Positions 26,101 through 35,085 of a stretch of 64,000 nucleotides of DNA are shown piece after piece; the stretch's first letter is position 1, and each line of letters opens with the position of its first letter. Where the stretch lies: the NCBI GenBank assembly GCA_018669005.1, contig JABJAL010000020.1, positions 3,117 to 67,116 of the forward strand, given 5' to 3'. Source of the DNA: Nitrospinaceae bacterium (lineage in GTDB: Bacteria; UBA8248). Under the pieces are notes generated by a model, which did not search any database, was not told the origin of the DNA, and saw nothing but the letters and a program-made list of their open reading frames with translations. Position numbers and translations under genes: made by a program.

Positions 26101-27028
26101 CCGGCTTTCCATCGCGCAGGAGGGTAACATCACAACTGGTACCGCCCATGTCGAAGAAAACGGCGCTTTTGACCCCGCCCGCCTCGGCATAAATTCGCCC
26201 CGCCGCCGCGCCCGCTGCAGGCCCGGAGAGAACAAGGGAGGCCGGATGACGGCGGCAGTGGGCCACGGTCGCCATCCCACCGTTGCTCTGAAGGAGCATG
26301 AGGGGCCCCTCATAGCCCATATTCCGAAGCGCATTTTCTAGTTCCTGGAGATAACCAGAAATGCGCGGGCCAAGAAAGGCGCTGACCGCCGCCGTCGAGG
26401 TGCGCTCGTACTCACCCATGATTGGCGCTGTGTGCGATGACAGGGTGATGTAGGCGTCCGGAAGCGCTTTGGCAAGAATTTCGCCAGCACGCTCTTCATG
26501 GGATGGGTTTAGATAGGCGTTGAACAGACAAACGGCTATGGCCTCGACTTTTTCACGCACAAAAATCTCCGCCGCCAGATCGACACTGGCCTCATCGAGC
26601 GGAGCTGTCTCCTCCCCTCCCCGGCCGATTCTCCCAACCACCGGAAGGCTGAGATGACGCGGAACCAGCAAGGGCGGATTGGGTGCCCGATGGTCCCAAA
26701 CATTTTCACGCAAACCCCTACGGATGGTCAGTGCGTCACGGAAACCCTCTGTCGTGAGTAGTCCGGCTCTAGCTCCCTTTCCGGTGAGCAGGGCATTCGT
26801 CGCAACCGTCGTGCCGTGGACGAAACACCCACAGGCACTAAGAAGTGTTTTCGTGTCGATATTCAACATGGCGGCAGCGCGCCCCAGAGCCTCGACAACA
26901 CCTTCCTCGGGGCTAAACGGGCGCGAGGCCGCCTTGGCCAGGCATATAATTCGCCCGCCGTCATCGGCGATGACAAGATCGGTAAACGTGCCACCAACAT
27001 CGACACCGATGCGGTAGGTAGGCCCCAT
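23168..27028 (-). CDS. Fused hydantoinase A / hydantoinase B (N-methylhydantoinase / 5-oxoprolinase / acetone-carboxylase family), 1286 aa
   Basis: The HyuA-type N-terminus is RIGVDVGGTFTDLV. The HyuB-type C-terminal half is DPISLAILQQRLDVIAREMG... The start was chosen at MGPTYRIG with an AAGGGA RBS. Confidence 0.85.
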   Translation of the reverse strand: MGPTYRIGVDVGGTFTDLVIADDGGRIICLAKAASRPFSPEEGVVEALGRAAAMLNIDTKTLLSACGCFVHGTTVATNALLTGKGARAGLLTTEGFRDALTIRRGLRENVWDHRAPNPPLLVPRHLSLPVVGRIGRGGEETAPLDEASVDLAAEIFVREKVEAIAVCLFNAYLNPSHEERAGEILAKALPDAYITLSSHTAPIMGEYERTSTAAVSAFLGPRISGYLQELENALRNMGYEGPLMLLQSNGGMATVAHCRRHPASLVLSGPAAGAAAGRIYAEAGGVKSAVFFDMGGTSCDVTLLRDGKPGMVDQSAVGGYHVALPSVEVHTIGTGGGAIVWADPGGGLRVGPDSAGAEPGPASYGKGGERPTITDAHLILGRLDPRGLLDGEMPLSAEKAESAFARVAEALGMSVPEAAAGAVRLASRQMAGAVETICARHGADPRQMALVAGGGAGGLSAAAVARHCHMSHIIVPREAAGVCAVGMAGSPIRYNRLKSRTLRLDETPASVLEGEINTLREELARDIESAGSAPGDFTLTSALDMRYPGQAWHLSVEVECTLNDGAATSIAERFHETHKSTYGHHRPGEPVEITGFRVRAEAEQPPLVFDTAPGADVVAQPQSHRRAYFEATGSWEEAAVWRGSDLIAASVVEGPAIVEEPTTTILIEPGDTLRLGGGGAFIIEVAPVGAAPAKAVEVESPKNVKTGATDPISLAILQQRLDVIAREMGIIMQRTARSTIFSQAHDFSCFICDPEGHLVSQADGLPIHTGSGGFAVRGVLKDFAGDINPGDLFLLNDPYMGGGNHLPDWTVIAPVFVGGDLAGFVSNRAHQVDVGGGVIGTYNSDATEIFHEGFRITPVKIHERGEARADLIRLILANTRAPEVIAHDFAAMVGSTHIGSKRLAEIGAEMGQAALVAGLSGLLDYSEALMRAELEVIPDGVYTATEYMNTDCFEPAEIPVKLTLTKKGTDITADFTGSAPQMKGYKNSPIANTCSALYVGLSSMMDPLIPHNEGTYRPIKIIAPAGTVVNASFPAPVTLCTVFPSHEIAQCVWKALADVAPGRVSAAWAKTAYPVTAGFDVRGEFFVVYHWGGGPGAGAVEGRDGFPLIGNMPTLGALTIPNLEHYEQDYPVRFIRQELRMDGGGPGRWRGGTGVYYEAEIDAPVSCSTRGESCRTVTTFGLHGGGPGAIARVMFGENGKLSDLPQYANVDLPPGRLLIEGPGGGGFGEPFDRPFETVAADVKDGVVSVKSAREDYGVVVDPETFEVDEKATGKVRGGQDEYFNSL

Positions 27029-27072
27029 GTTTTTCCCTTTCAAAAAATATCGACTGCAAGGTAGGTGACTGA

Positions 27073-27855
27073 CTACTGGAGAGTAAGTCCACCATCCATG
27101 ACGAAAAGGCCGCCCGTCACATAGGAAGAAGCTGGCGAGCAAAGATAGATCACTAGCGGAGGCATCTCCTCGGGCTGGCCAACACGGCCCATCGGCATTT
27201 TTTTCACATAAGCGGCAAGCGCCTCGGGATTGCTCATCAAGGGCTCTCCCATGTCAGTGTCAAACTGGCCAGGGACAATTGTATTTACCCTAATACCGAG
27301 TGGTGCCCAATCCACCGCCATGGCCTGAGTGAGGTTATGGACAGCGGCCTTGCTTGCCGCATAAACGGGCAGGCCGGGCCGGGCGCGGAGACCGGCAACG
27401 GAGCCGAAATTCACGATGCGCCCGCCGCCTGATTTTTGAACCTCCGGCTTTTGCATATGGGGAACCGCAGAAGTGCAAAGGCGAAAGGTGCCGTAAACAT
27501 TTACGGCAAATGTGCTCTCAAGTTCATCATCCGAGGTATCAAGAAGGCCTACCCGGGGACAGATTCCCGCCGCGTTAACGAGCACATCAAGGCGACCCAT
27601 CTCTCCCGCCACTTTTTCGACCGATTCCCTCGCCGAGACAGGATCCGCCACATCGAGCGGACAAACAAAAGCGCGACGGCCCAAAGCCCGGATTTCCCCG
27701 GCCACTTCCTCAAGAAGATCGGCTCTGGTTGCGCCCAAGGCAACATCGGCCCCGGCCTCTGCAAGCGCTAATGAAACGGCGCGCCCGAGACCACGACTCG
27801 CGCCTGTGACAAACGCGGCAGAACCACTCAAGTCAAACCCTTTCATTCCAGCCAT
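27073..27855 (-). CDS. SDR family oxidoreductase
   Basis: TGASRGLG Rossmann motif and YAASKAAV catalytic YxxxK. Confidence 0.85.
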   Translation of the reverse strand: MAGMKGFDLSGSAAFVTGASRGLGRAVSLALAEAGADVALGATRADLLEEVAGEIRALGRRAFVCPLDVADPVSARESVEKVAGEMGRLDVLVNAAGICPRVGLLDTSDDELESTFAVNVYGTFRLCTSAVPHMQKPEVQKSGGGRIVNFGSVAGLRARPGLPVYAASKAAVHNLTQAMAVDWAPLGIRVNTIVPGQFDTDMGEPLMSNPEALAAYVKKMPMGRVGQPEEMPPLVIYLCSPASSYVTGGLFVMDGGLTLQ

Positions 27856-27885
27856 TGTCTTTCACCCTTTCCGATGCACAAGAAA

Positions 27886-28434
27886 TTATTTCAGGGGATT
27901 TTCTTTTCCATCGGGAATTTCCACCTGGCAGGCGTTCAGCGTCATCGACACGCCTGTGTAGTGACCGATGAGTCCGATTACGTCGATCACACCATTTTGA
28001 CCGAACTGATCGAGGGCCTTTTGAAAAACGGCGTCACTCACTTCGTGAGTCTCATGCAGCGCGGTGCAAAAATCATAGAGCGCCTCCTCATCGGGCTGCA
28101 TGTTCTCGGGTCGCCGACTCTCGGAGATCGCTTTGATAATCTCGGGGTCAAGGCCGCCCTTCAGGGCATGAGGCTCATGAGCGAACCACTCGTATTGCGC
28201 CTTCCAGAAACGCGCTGTGATCAATATCGCCATTTCGCTAAGGCGCGGGGACAAGGCGCTATCGTAGCGCAGGAACCCCCCCACCTTTTCGAGAACATCG
28301 AGATAACCCGCGCTGTGGACCCACATATGAAAAGGCCCCCGAAATCCGCCGCGCTTGCCCGAAGTGATCCGGTCGTGAATTTTCCGTTGCTTGTCGCTGT
28401 ATTCATCAACTGACATAACTGGTAAACGTGACAT
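27886..28434 (-). CDS. Carboxymuconolactone decarboxylase (CMD/AhpD-like) family protein
   Basis: ~180 aa with an all-helical CMD pattern. Confidence 0.65.
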   Translation of the reverse strand: MSRLPVMSVDEYSDKQRKIHDRITSGKRGGFRGPFHMWVHSAGYLDVLEKVGGFLRYDSALSPRLSEMAILITARFWKAQYEWFAHEPHALKGGLDPEIIKAISESRRPENMQPDEEALYDFCTALHETHEVSDAVFQKALDQFGQNGVIDVIGLIGHYTGVSMTLNACQVEIPDGKENPLK

Positions 28435-28661
28435 TTCATCTCCTGATGGATGTGACCCTTCTCCACGGAACCGGCCTACAAGGCGTCCCTGCCCGTCTCA
28501 TAGCGGGCCGTCGAAGGATGAATCGTTGAATACCTACAAGGTAAATGGGAAGGCGAGGCGGGCGCAACCCTTGGAGGGAAAGTCTGCAAATCAAATTCAA
28601 ATAGGCTACATTTGAGCCTTGCAAATCAAGTTTTACTAATTTTCAGCCCAAGGAGATCACC

Positions 28662-28991
28662 ATGCAATATTTCTACGATTTAAACCAAATTGATGAGCAA
28701 GACATGCCGGGGCGAAAGCGCCAATTGGTCGTTGGTAAAGATGTCATGCTCGTCTATATCGAGCGGGAGGCGGGCACTACACAAGAACATACCCACGACA
28801 ACGAGCAGCTTGTCTATTTACAGAAAGGAAAAGCCCGCTTTACCGTCGAAGGCGAGACCCGCGAGATTGAGGCGCCCGGCGTGGTTCATATCCCCAAGGG
28901 GGTCCTCCACGGTGTCGAGGCGCTGACGCCGATAACCTATATTGGAATTTATACGCCCCCGCGAGAAGCTGTCATTAACGCAACGGCGTAG
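28662..28991 (+). CDS. Cupin domain protein
   Basis: 109 aa with the two cupin motifs G(x)5HxH...E and P.G..H. Confidence 0.65.
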   Translation: MQYFYDLNQIDEQDMPGRKRQLVVGKDVMLVYIEREAGTTQEHTHDNEQLVYLQKGKARFTVEGETREIEAPGVVHIPKGVLHGVEALTPITYIGIYTPPREAVINATA

Positions 28992-28998
28992 CTCAAGT

Positions 28999-29403
28999 TT
29001 ACTCGGGCGCCTCCCAGCCTTCGGCTTTTAGCTCCTCCATCGCCTCTAGCATGCAGGTGACGCCGTAGGTCAGCACCTTGGCCCCGCAAGGATTCACGCA
29101 CACCATCAGCGCCTCGCCAATCTCCTCGGGCTTAAGCCCGAGTTGCAAACCCTTTTTAAGGTGTTGGCGGAGGTGGGGCTGGTTATGGGGGTTCGAGCCC
29201 GCCACGGCGAGAGCGAGAATGTGAAACAGCTCGTGCATCCTCTCATCAAAGAGACGGTCTTTTTCGCGGATAACTTCGTCCAGATTGAGAAGCGCCTCCA
29301 TGTAGTCTGGAAATTTTTCTGCAATAAACTCGTGGGCCGGATAGCGCCTGCCGCGTTTTGCGGCGATTCTATCGGCGAGTGATTTAGCGCTCTCAGTGTT
29401 CAT
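28999..29403 (-). CDS. Carboxymuconolactone decarboxylase family protein (AhpD-like core)
   Basis: 134 aa with CMD-domain helices. Confidence 0.7.
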   Translation of the reverse strand: MNTESAKSLADRIAAKRGRRYPAHEFIAEKFPDYMEALLNLDEVIREKDRLFDERMHELFHILALAVAGSNPHNQPHLRQHLKKGLQLGLKPEEIGEALMVCVNPCGAKVLTYGVTCMLEAMEELKAEGWEAPE

Positions 29404-29441
29404 ACTCTCTCCTCATGAATGATTCATAAATAAATCCAACC

Positions 29442-30362
29442 CTAGAGCGTGTCCGGATCTTCATCAATAACCAATTCGGCGAATTTCATATCGACGCCCG
29501 CATCATATGGGATCCCCTCCCGGATCAGAGCGCCCGAAATGCACGATGCCCGGAGCCGCTCGTAGCCCTCGCGCTCCAGCATAGGTGTTTTGTTCCATAT
29601 ACCAAGTGACTTATAGCGAGCAATAGCCCGGGACAGAAGATCATGAGACATTTCGGGAAAGTAGGAAGCAATGCACCCGGCAAATGCCTCGGCGCTGTTG
29701 TTGTCAATCCATTTTTGGGTGCGGTACATGGCCCGGGTCATTTTCAAAAGCGCATCCGGCTCACGCTCCAAGAATTCTTTTGTTGTATTAAAGGCGGTGT
29801 ATGTCGTCAGCCCGCGAGAGGCCGCTGCAAACCATATCTGGAAATTCCCTTCTACAAGCAACTCCTCGGCAAAAGGCTGAAACACCTGGACCGCATCAAT
29901 TTCACCTGCGCGGAGGGCCTCGGCGTTCTCCGTCATTGAACGATCGGCTATACGCTCAAGAGCCCCCGGCTCCACTCCCGCTTGGAGAAGATCATGCTGA
30001 AAACACATCCATGGCGTTGGCACCTCGCTCACGGTGGCAATCCTCTTTCCGGCATATCCGGAAAACCCTCCCTCCGGCACCGCCCCGCGACCAACGAGAA
30101 AAAACGGGTCCCGCGCCACGACCTCGCAAAACGAGACAAGACCGCAATCAGGATTCGAATCTCCTGCCACGAGCACGCGCATGGGACCGCCCCAGAAGAC
30201 ATCCCCGTCTCCAGAAAGAACGGCCTTCGATGTCTGGGCAGGCCCGGAGGATTTTTTGTGCGCCACCTCGACGCCCTCGGCCTCATAGGCCCCAAGGGAA
30301 AATGCCGCATAGAAAGGCGCATAAAACACGGCCCGGAAATTTTCAATCAGACCGATGGCCAC
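29442..30362 (-). CDS. NMT1/THI5-like (SsuA/TauA-type) substrate-binding protein, no obvious signal peptide
   Basis: Resembles the periplasmic-binding-protein type-2 fold pattern of sulfonate/nitrate/HMP-binding proteins. Confidence 0.6.
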   Translation of the reverse strand: MAIGLIENFRAVFYAPFYAAFSLGAYEAEGVEVAHKKSSGPAQTSKAVLSGDGDVFWGGPMRVLVAGDSNPDCGLVSFCEVVARDPFFLVGRGAVPEGGFSGYAGKRIATVSEVPTPWMCFQHDLLQAGVEPGALERIADRSMTENAEALRAGEIDAVQVFQPFAEELLVEGNFQIWFAAASRGLTTYTAFNTTKEFLEREPDALLKMTRAMYRTQKWIDNNSAEAFAGCIASYFPEMSHDLLSRAIARYKSLGIWNKTPMLEREGYERLRASCISGALIREGIPYDAGVDMKFAELVIDEDPDTL

Positions 30363-30381
30363 CTATTTTCTCCCTTCAAAA

Positions 30382-30397
30382 GGTTTGAAACATCAAA
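30382..30397. promoter_or_regulatory. Perfect palindrome GTTTGA-AACA-TCAAAC in the divergent promoter region
   Basis: Seen directly. Confidence 0.4.
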
Positions 30398-30417
30398 CTA
30401 ATTGGCCATACGTCTGA

Positions 30418-30456
30418 CCGCAACCCCTATGGGGGCGCAACCCCTGTGGGGGCGCA
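30418..30456. repeat. 2.3 tandem copies of a 17-bp unit CGCAACCCCTRTGGGGG (each with internal CCCC-N3-GGGG dyad)
   Basis: Seen directly, 60-100 bp upstream of the DHH gene start. Confidence 0.6.
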
Positions 30457-30545
30457 ATTCCAGCAGGGGATAAAGTACATACCTGGGCATTGACATCCTA
30501 CCACCCTCCAGCGGATTGTATTCTGAAATGCCAGAGGATCGTAAT

Positions 30546-31478
30546 ATGAGCTACCAGAGGAAATTTCGCCTGATCACCCGCCATGACTTTGACGGCCTGG
30601 TAGGTGCGGTTCTTCTTAAAGAACTCGGAATGATCGATGAAATTGAATTCGCCCATCCCAAGGACATGCAAGATGGCAAGGTGAATGTCAGCGACCGCGA
30701 CATCATCACGAACCTTCCTTATACAGAAGGCGCCTACCTCGTTTTTGATCACCATCTAAGCGAGGCAAATCGCGTACCATCGAAGGGAAACTACATATTC
30801 GACCCAAATGCGCCATCAGCCGCCCAGGTGGTGTACGACCACTTTGGGGCAGAGTCCGTGTTTCCGGGCTATGTGCAAGAGATGCTCGCGGCCGTCAACA
30901 AGACGGACTCGGGTCTTTTTACGCGTGAAGAAATACTGCGTCCGCGCGGCTGGATACTTCTTCATTTCTTGCTCGACCCCAGAACCGGACTTGGGCGATT
31001 CAGGAATTTTGAGAAAACCGACCAGGCGCTAATGCTAAATCTGACAGACAATTGCCGCAAACAACCTATCGAGCAGGTGATGAATCATTTTGACGTAACC
31101 GAGCGCTCGGATCGCTACTTCGTTCTTGAGGAGAAATTCAAGGAGCAACTTGAGTCCTGTGCACGCCACAACGAAAAAACGCTTGTAATCGATCTTCGGG
31201 AGCAGGATGTAATCTTTGCGGGAAACCGCTTTTGGCCCTATGTCCTGTTTCCCGAGAGCAACATTTCGATTCATGTCATTTGGGGCCAGGGGAAAAAGAA
31301 CACAGTATTTGCTGTTGGAAAATCCATTTTTGATAGGAGCTCCCCATATAATATCGGGGTGCGAATGTTTGAGCGGGGCGGCGGCGGCCATGAGGCGGCC
31401 GGGACCTGCCAGGTCCCCAACGAGAGGGCAGATGAAATCCTGGAAGAAATTATCCGGGAAATATCCTCAACTAGCTGA
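30546..31478 (+). CDS. DHH family phosphoesterase (NrnA-like bifunctional oligoribonuclease/pAp phosphatase)
   Basis: The DHH motif is VFDHHLS, there are D..D metal ligands, and the DHHA1 motif is GGGGHEAAG. Confidence 0.75.
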   Translation: MSYQRKFRLITRHDFDGLVGAVLLKELGMIDEIEFAHPKDMQDGKVNVSDRDIITNLPYTEGAYLVFDHHLSEANRVPSKGNYIFDPNAPSAAQVVYDHFGAESVFPGYVQEMLAAVNKTDSGLFTREEILRPRGWILLHFLLDPRTGLGRFRNFEKTDQALMLNLTDNCRKQPIEQVMNHFDVTERSDRYFVLEEKFKEQLESCARHNEKTLVIDLREQDVIFAGNRFWPYVLFPESNISIHVIWGQGKKNTVFAVGKSIFDRSSPYNIGVRMFERGGGGHEAAGTCQVPNERADEILEEIIREISSTS

Positions 31479-31572
31479 AATCAAACCCAAAACACCACAT
31501 TTCATTTCCCTTGAAACACACTTTTCATCAACATGAAATTTCAATTCCCAGCTCAGATTCCATAAAAAAAAA

Positions 31573-31595
31573 GAGCGGGGCTCGGCGCCCCACTC
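31573..31595 (-). terminator. Rho-independent terminator on the minus strand
   Basis: GAGUGGGGCGCCGAGCCCCGCUC is followed by U9 (the plus-strand A-run at 31564-31572). Confidence 0.6.
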
Positions 31596-31946
31596 GGTGG
31601 CCAGGAAGGTTGTAAGGGAGGATTTGAGAAAAAATCTTGAGAACTACTTGGCAGGGTCCTAGGTGAGCGTTGACCACTGACAAGAATCCTAACAAACACC
31701 CCTTTTCAATATGTCTAGATCTTGTCATGGACATGTAATGAAGTAGTAATTTCCCCAATATTTGGCACCAAATATCACTTACCCCCTAAAACAAATGATG
31801 TTTTCAGGCATTGGGTTAAAGTATTTTATGTCTTGATTTCCACCTCATTTTGTATCAGGATTACTTAAACAATAAATCCGCCCAATATAAAAATTGCTGA
31901 TCGCACCTTTGCGTACCCTTTTTCCGCGCCCGGAAAGAGCCGCGAG

Positions 31947-32192
31947 ATGATGAACTATAGAAGAGAATTGTTCCGTGAAATGATCGGATCGACCACTGAA
32001 ACCACCCCGAACAAAGAACTCCGTGAATGGAGCCGTTTGATGCAGGATAGGGAACGGAGAATATTTGACCTCATGGACAAAGAGGCCTCTCAGCGCCTAT
32101 CGAGCGGCACCTCCCTCCCCACACATGAAGACAAGATGAACGAAACCATCAAAAAGGGAATGTGGGTGCCACCTACGAAATCGAATAAATAA
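31947..32192 (+). CDS. Small hypothetical ORF (81 aa)
   Basis: The only ORF in a 770-bp gap. It is charged and possibly helical, with no family assignment. Confidence 0.25.
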   Translation: MMNYRRELFREMIGSTTETTPNKELREWSRLMQDRERRIFDLMDKEASQRLSSGTSLPTHEDKMNETIKKGMWVPPTKSNK

Positions 32193-32245
32193 AAAAGAGA
32201 ATTCAAATCCAAGGATAATTACGCAAGACGAACTCCCCCTTCCGG

Positions 32246-32728
32246 CTACCCACCAGCGGCGGGGGGATTTTTTAGTTGCTCGTCTGCTTGCCTAAGCTTA
32301 CTGGAGAGCTGCAGTGCGATATTGCAGGCTATCTTAAATCCAAGAGCGGGCACTTTGGTTTCTAAAATTTCCCGAGACACGGAAAACACTTCGGCCTTTT
32401 CCGAAACACTGGCAGAGGCATTTCGTCCTTCATGTTCGAGAATGCCCATCTCACCGAATATTTGCCCCGTTCGCAAACGTGAGAATTCCTGCCCTCCGGC
32501 CGTGATAACGATTTCGCCCGAGAGAATAAGAAAAAAATCTTCAGCGTCATCTCCCTCATTGAAAATCGTGGCCCCCTCGTCAAATTCTTGCCGATGGCAT
32601 AAACGAAGAAATTGATAAATTTCATCATCCTGCATATCGGCAAAAAAACCGTAATTTCCCTTTAGATTGGCGATATAGTGAGGATGGTCTTGGATCGGAA
32701 CACCACTTCCATCAATTTCATCAGACAT
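32246..32728 (-). CDS. Stand-alone cyclic-nucleotide-binding (cNMP/CAP effector) domain protein
   Basis: The motif is FGEMGILEHEGRNASA (FGE..l.....R.Atv), and there is no HTH domain. Confidence 0.7.
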   Translation of the reverse strand: MSDEIDGSGVPIQDHPHYIANLKGNYGFFADMQDDEIYQFLRLCHRQEFDEGATIFNEGDDAEDFFLILSGEIVITAGGQEFSRLRTGQIFGEMGILEHEGRNASASVSEKAEVFSVSREILETKVPALGFKIACNIALQLSSKLRQADEQLKNPPAAGG

Positions 32729-33034
32729 TGGCGATTACTCCCCTCGTTCAGGGTGTTAGTCACAAGGTCGGCACCCTATATGCCGCTGCCACGCAACAAC
32801 ACCAAAAGGAATAAAAAGCTCGACTTCATCCAAATAACTGGCCGTATTCTAACATTAATTCTTTATTATAGTCATACATCTACTTTTAACGCTTTACATC
32901 TTTATTCTGAGGGGAGAGAAAAACAAGCTCCCGCTCAACCCCAAAGCCATACACCACGGGACTTTTATTTTTTTCATCCGATAACCAATCAATTTTCTTT
33001 ATCCAATATTTTTTTTGATCTCTTGAATTATGCT

Positions 33035-33733
33035 CTAAAGCAAGCTTCGAATGTCTATTCTTAATTTCTTCAAGGAATCAGGATCGTTGCTGTGATAATA
33101 ACCTCTAATTTGTGCCGACTGATCCACGAGAACAAAACGTGAACTGTGAGTAATTTCAACACCTAGTTTTTTATTTTCCCCATGGTCATGGTTTGCATGT
33201 GCAGAGGCTGTCGGAACCAGAATATTTCCAATTATCGTCGCCACGCTATTTTTTGAATTGAAAATCGGAAGATGAGAAGCGCCGCTAATCGCGATAGCCA
33301 GCCTGAACCCTTTCATAACAAGATTTTGAATTCTCTTCTTCTCCCCCGTAAGAAAGAACCATTTCTGGGGGTCTGCATTAAATCGTTCGGCATATTTCTT
33401 CAGGACAAGAGGGCTGTCGAAGTCCGGATCGGCGGTGATGCTGACGAGCCGGAAATTGAGTTCACTCTCAAAATCTTTCTGTAGACTGGCCATTTCTGCA
33501 GATTCGAGGGGGCATGTATCCTCGCAACGGGTAAAAATAAAATCAGATACCCATACCTTTCCTTTCAAAGTGCTTAATTCTACTGACTTCCCTTCCGAGT
33601 CGATCAAAGAAAAATCAGGGAGATCGCCATAGACGGGCAACCTTGAAAAATCCTTCTGGACAAACCAAAGGGCGCCCACCAGAAGGGTTAAAATAATTAC
33701 TGGAAATACGACAATCTTTCCGGGACTTTTCAC
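33035..33733 (-). CDS. SCO1/SenC family copper chaperone (thioredoxin-like)
   Basis: N-terminal TM anchor, an FIFTRCEDTCP (CxxxCP) motif and a distal His. It is low-GC. Confidence 0.75.
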   Translation of the reverse strand: MKSPGKIVVFPVIILTLLVGALWFVQKDFSRLPVYGDLPDFSLIDSEGKSVELSTLKGKVWVSDFIFTRCEDTCPLESAEMASLQKDFESELNFRLVSITADPDFDSPLVLKKYAERFNADPQKWFFLTGEKKRIQNLVMKGFRLAIAISGASHLPIFNSKNSVATIIGNILVPTASAHANHDHGENKKLGVEITHSSRFVLVDQSAQIRGYYHSNDPDSLKKLRIDIRSLL

Positions 33734-33781
33734 AAATCCTTCTCTTTCTTATTTTGAAGCAACACATGTCGCAAGTAACGA

Positions 33782-34966
33782 TTAGGCAGGGCTCTCCAAT
33801 GTATTCGCCGCCTCCAGCAAGGTGGCAGAATCCGTTCCATCCCCATGGAGGAACGTTAGGATGTCTCGCACAATTTTCTCACTCGGCCCTTCGCGCATTA
33901 TTCCCATTCCACCGAGAACATCGAGCCCCAGTTCGATGGTCTTCAGACCCACCTTATCGCTGAATACCTTGCCAGATCGGGTAAACCGAGAGGTGAATGT
34001 CTCGTCATTTTCAGCCCCCCAGCAGATTCGCCACATGAACTGTTCTGCCACCTCGATGTTCATGATCATCTCGGCAAGCATATGGCGAATCGTCAGGTGC
34101 TCGATGATGGGCTTGCCGCCCTGAACACGTTCCTTGGCATGTTCATAACAAATTTTGTAAAGACTGCGGGCAAGACCCGTATTACAGGCTGCGAGCTCGG
34201 CACTACCCCGGAAGGCATGGGCTCGGACGGCAGCGGCGCCGTTTACTTCTCCTAAAACGTTATCCCTATGAACACGTACGTTGTCGTAGTAACTCTCCCT
34301 ATTCGGGTAGAGGCGGTAGCCCATTTTGTTATGAGTTTGGCCAAAAGAAATTCCTTCCTCAGAGCCATCGAGAAGAAATGCGGTTACACCTTTATTCATC
34401 GGGGCATCGGGGTCGGTCCGCGCATAAAAAACAATCAACTTCGATTCGCCAATGAGTGAGGTGTAGCGTTTAGCACCGTTGATGACGAAATGATCTCCGT
34501 CTTTAACGGCTGTTGTCCGCATGCCGAGTTTGGGATCGCCGCCATGTAGGCGATTTTCGGTACTGTGGTCGGGTTCGGTCGAGGCGAGGGAGCAAACGGC
34601 ATTATCATCGGCGGCGAATTTCGGAAACCAATGGTCCTTCTGAGCCTTGGTGCCGGCCTTCGAGAGAATTGTTGTGGCTTTCCAGCACTGGCTCAGGCAT
34701 TTAATCGTTCCAACCTCTATCTGAGCGCCTTCCCAGAGGGCGAGCGTTTTTGTGAAGATATCAGCGTCCATCCCGCCATATTCCTCAGGCAACGCTATCG
34801 TGCGAAGCCCGAGCTTTGAGGCCTTGTTGATCAACTCTTTTGGATAGCAATCCTTGGGGTCCGGGCGGGCATCTATCTCACCGCCGACGGGGGCCACCTC
34901 GCGCTCCATAAAATTGCGGGCCAACTCTGCGATTGCCAGTTGTTCATCTGTAAATGGATATTGCAT
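33782..34966 (-). CDS. Acyl-CoA dehydrogenase family protein
   Basis: ACAD N/M/C domain pattern with a C-terminal helical domain carrying the catalytic Glu region. Confidence 0.85.
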   Translation of the reverse strand: MQYPFTDEQLAIAELARNFMEREVAPVGGEIDARPDPKDCYPKELINKASKLGLRTIALPEEYGGMDADIFTKTLALWEGAQIEVGTIKCLSQCWKATTILSKAGTKAQKDHWFPKFAADDNAVCSLASTEPDHSTENRLHGGDPKLGMRTTAVKDGDHFVINGAKRYTSLIGESKLIVFYARTDPDAPMNKGVTAFLLDGSEEGISFGQTHNKMGYRLYPNRESYYDNVRVHRDNVLGEVNGAAAVRAHAFRGSAELAACNTGLARSLYKICYEHAKERVQGGKPIIEHLTIRHMLAEMIMNIEVAEQFMWRICWGAENDETFTSRFTRSGKVFSDKVGLKTIELGLDVLGGMGIMREGPSEKIVRDILTFLHGDGTDSATLLEAANTLESPA

Positions 34967-35085
34967 GTGAGTGCTCCCCTCCCTAGAAAAAACGGATAAA
35001 AAAATTCGGTTTCAAACTTTAAAATTGGTATATTTCCGAATCGATATCAAACTCATCGAGCCTACAAACTTGCGCGACCGCGCCA

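Noticed and set aside
31528-31758. 76-aa minus-strand ORF
   Set aside because: It contains the intrinsic terminator hairpin and U-tract within its own coding sequence and lies in an AT-rich gap. It is most likely non-coding.
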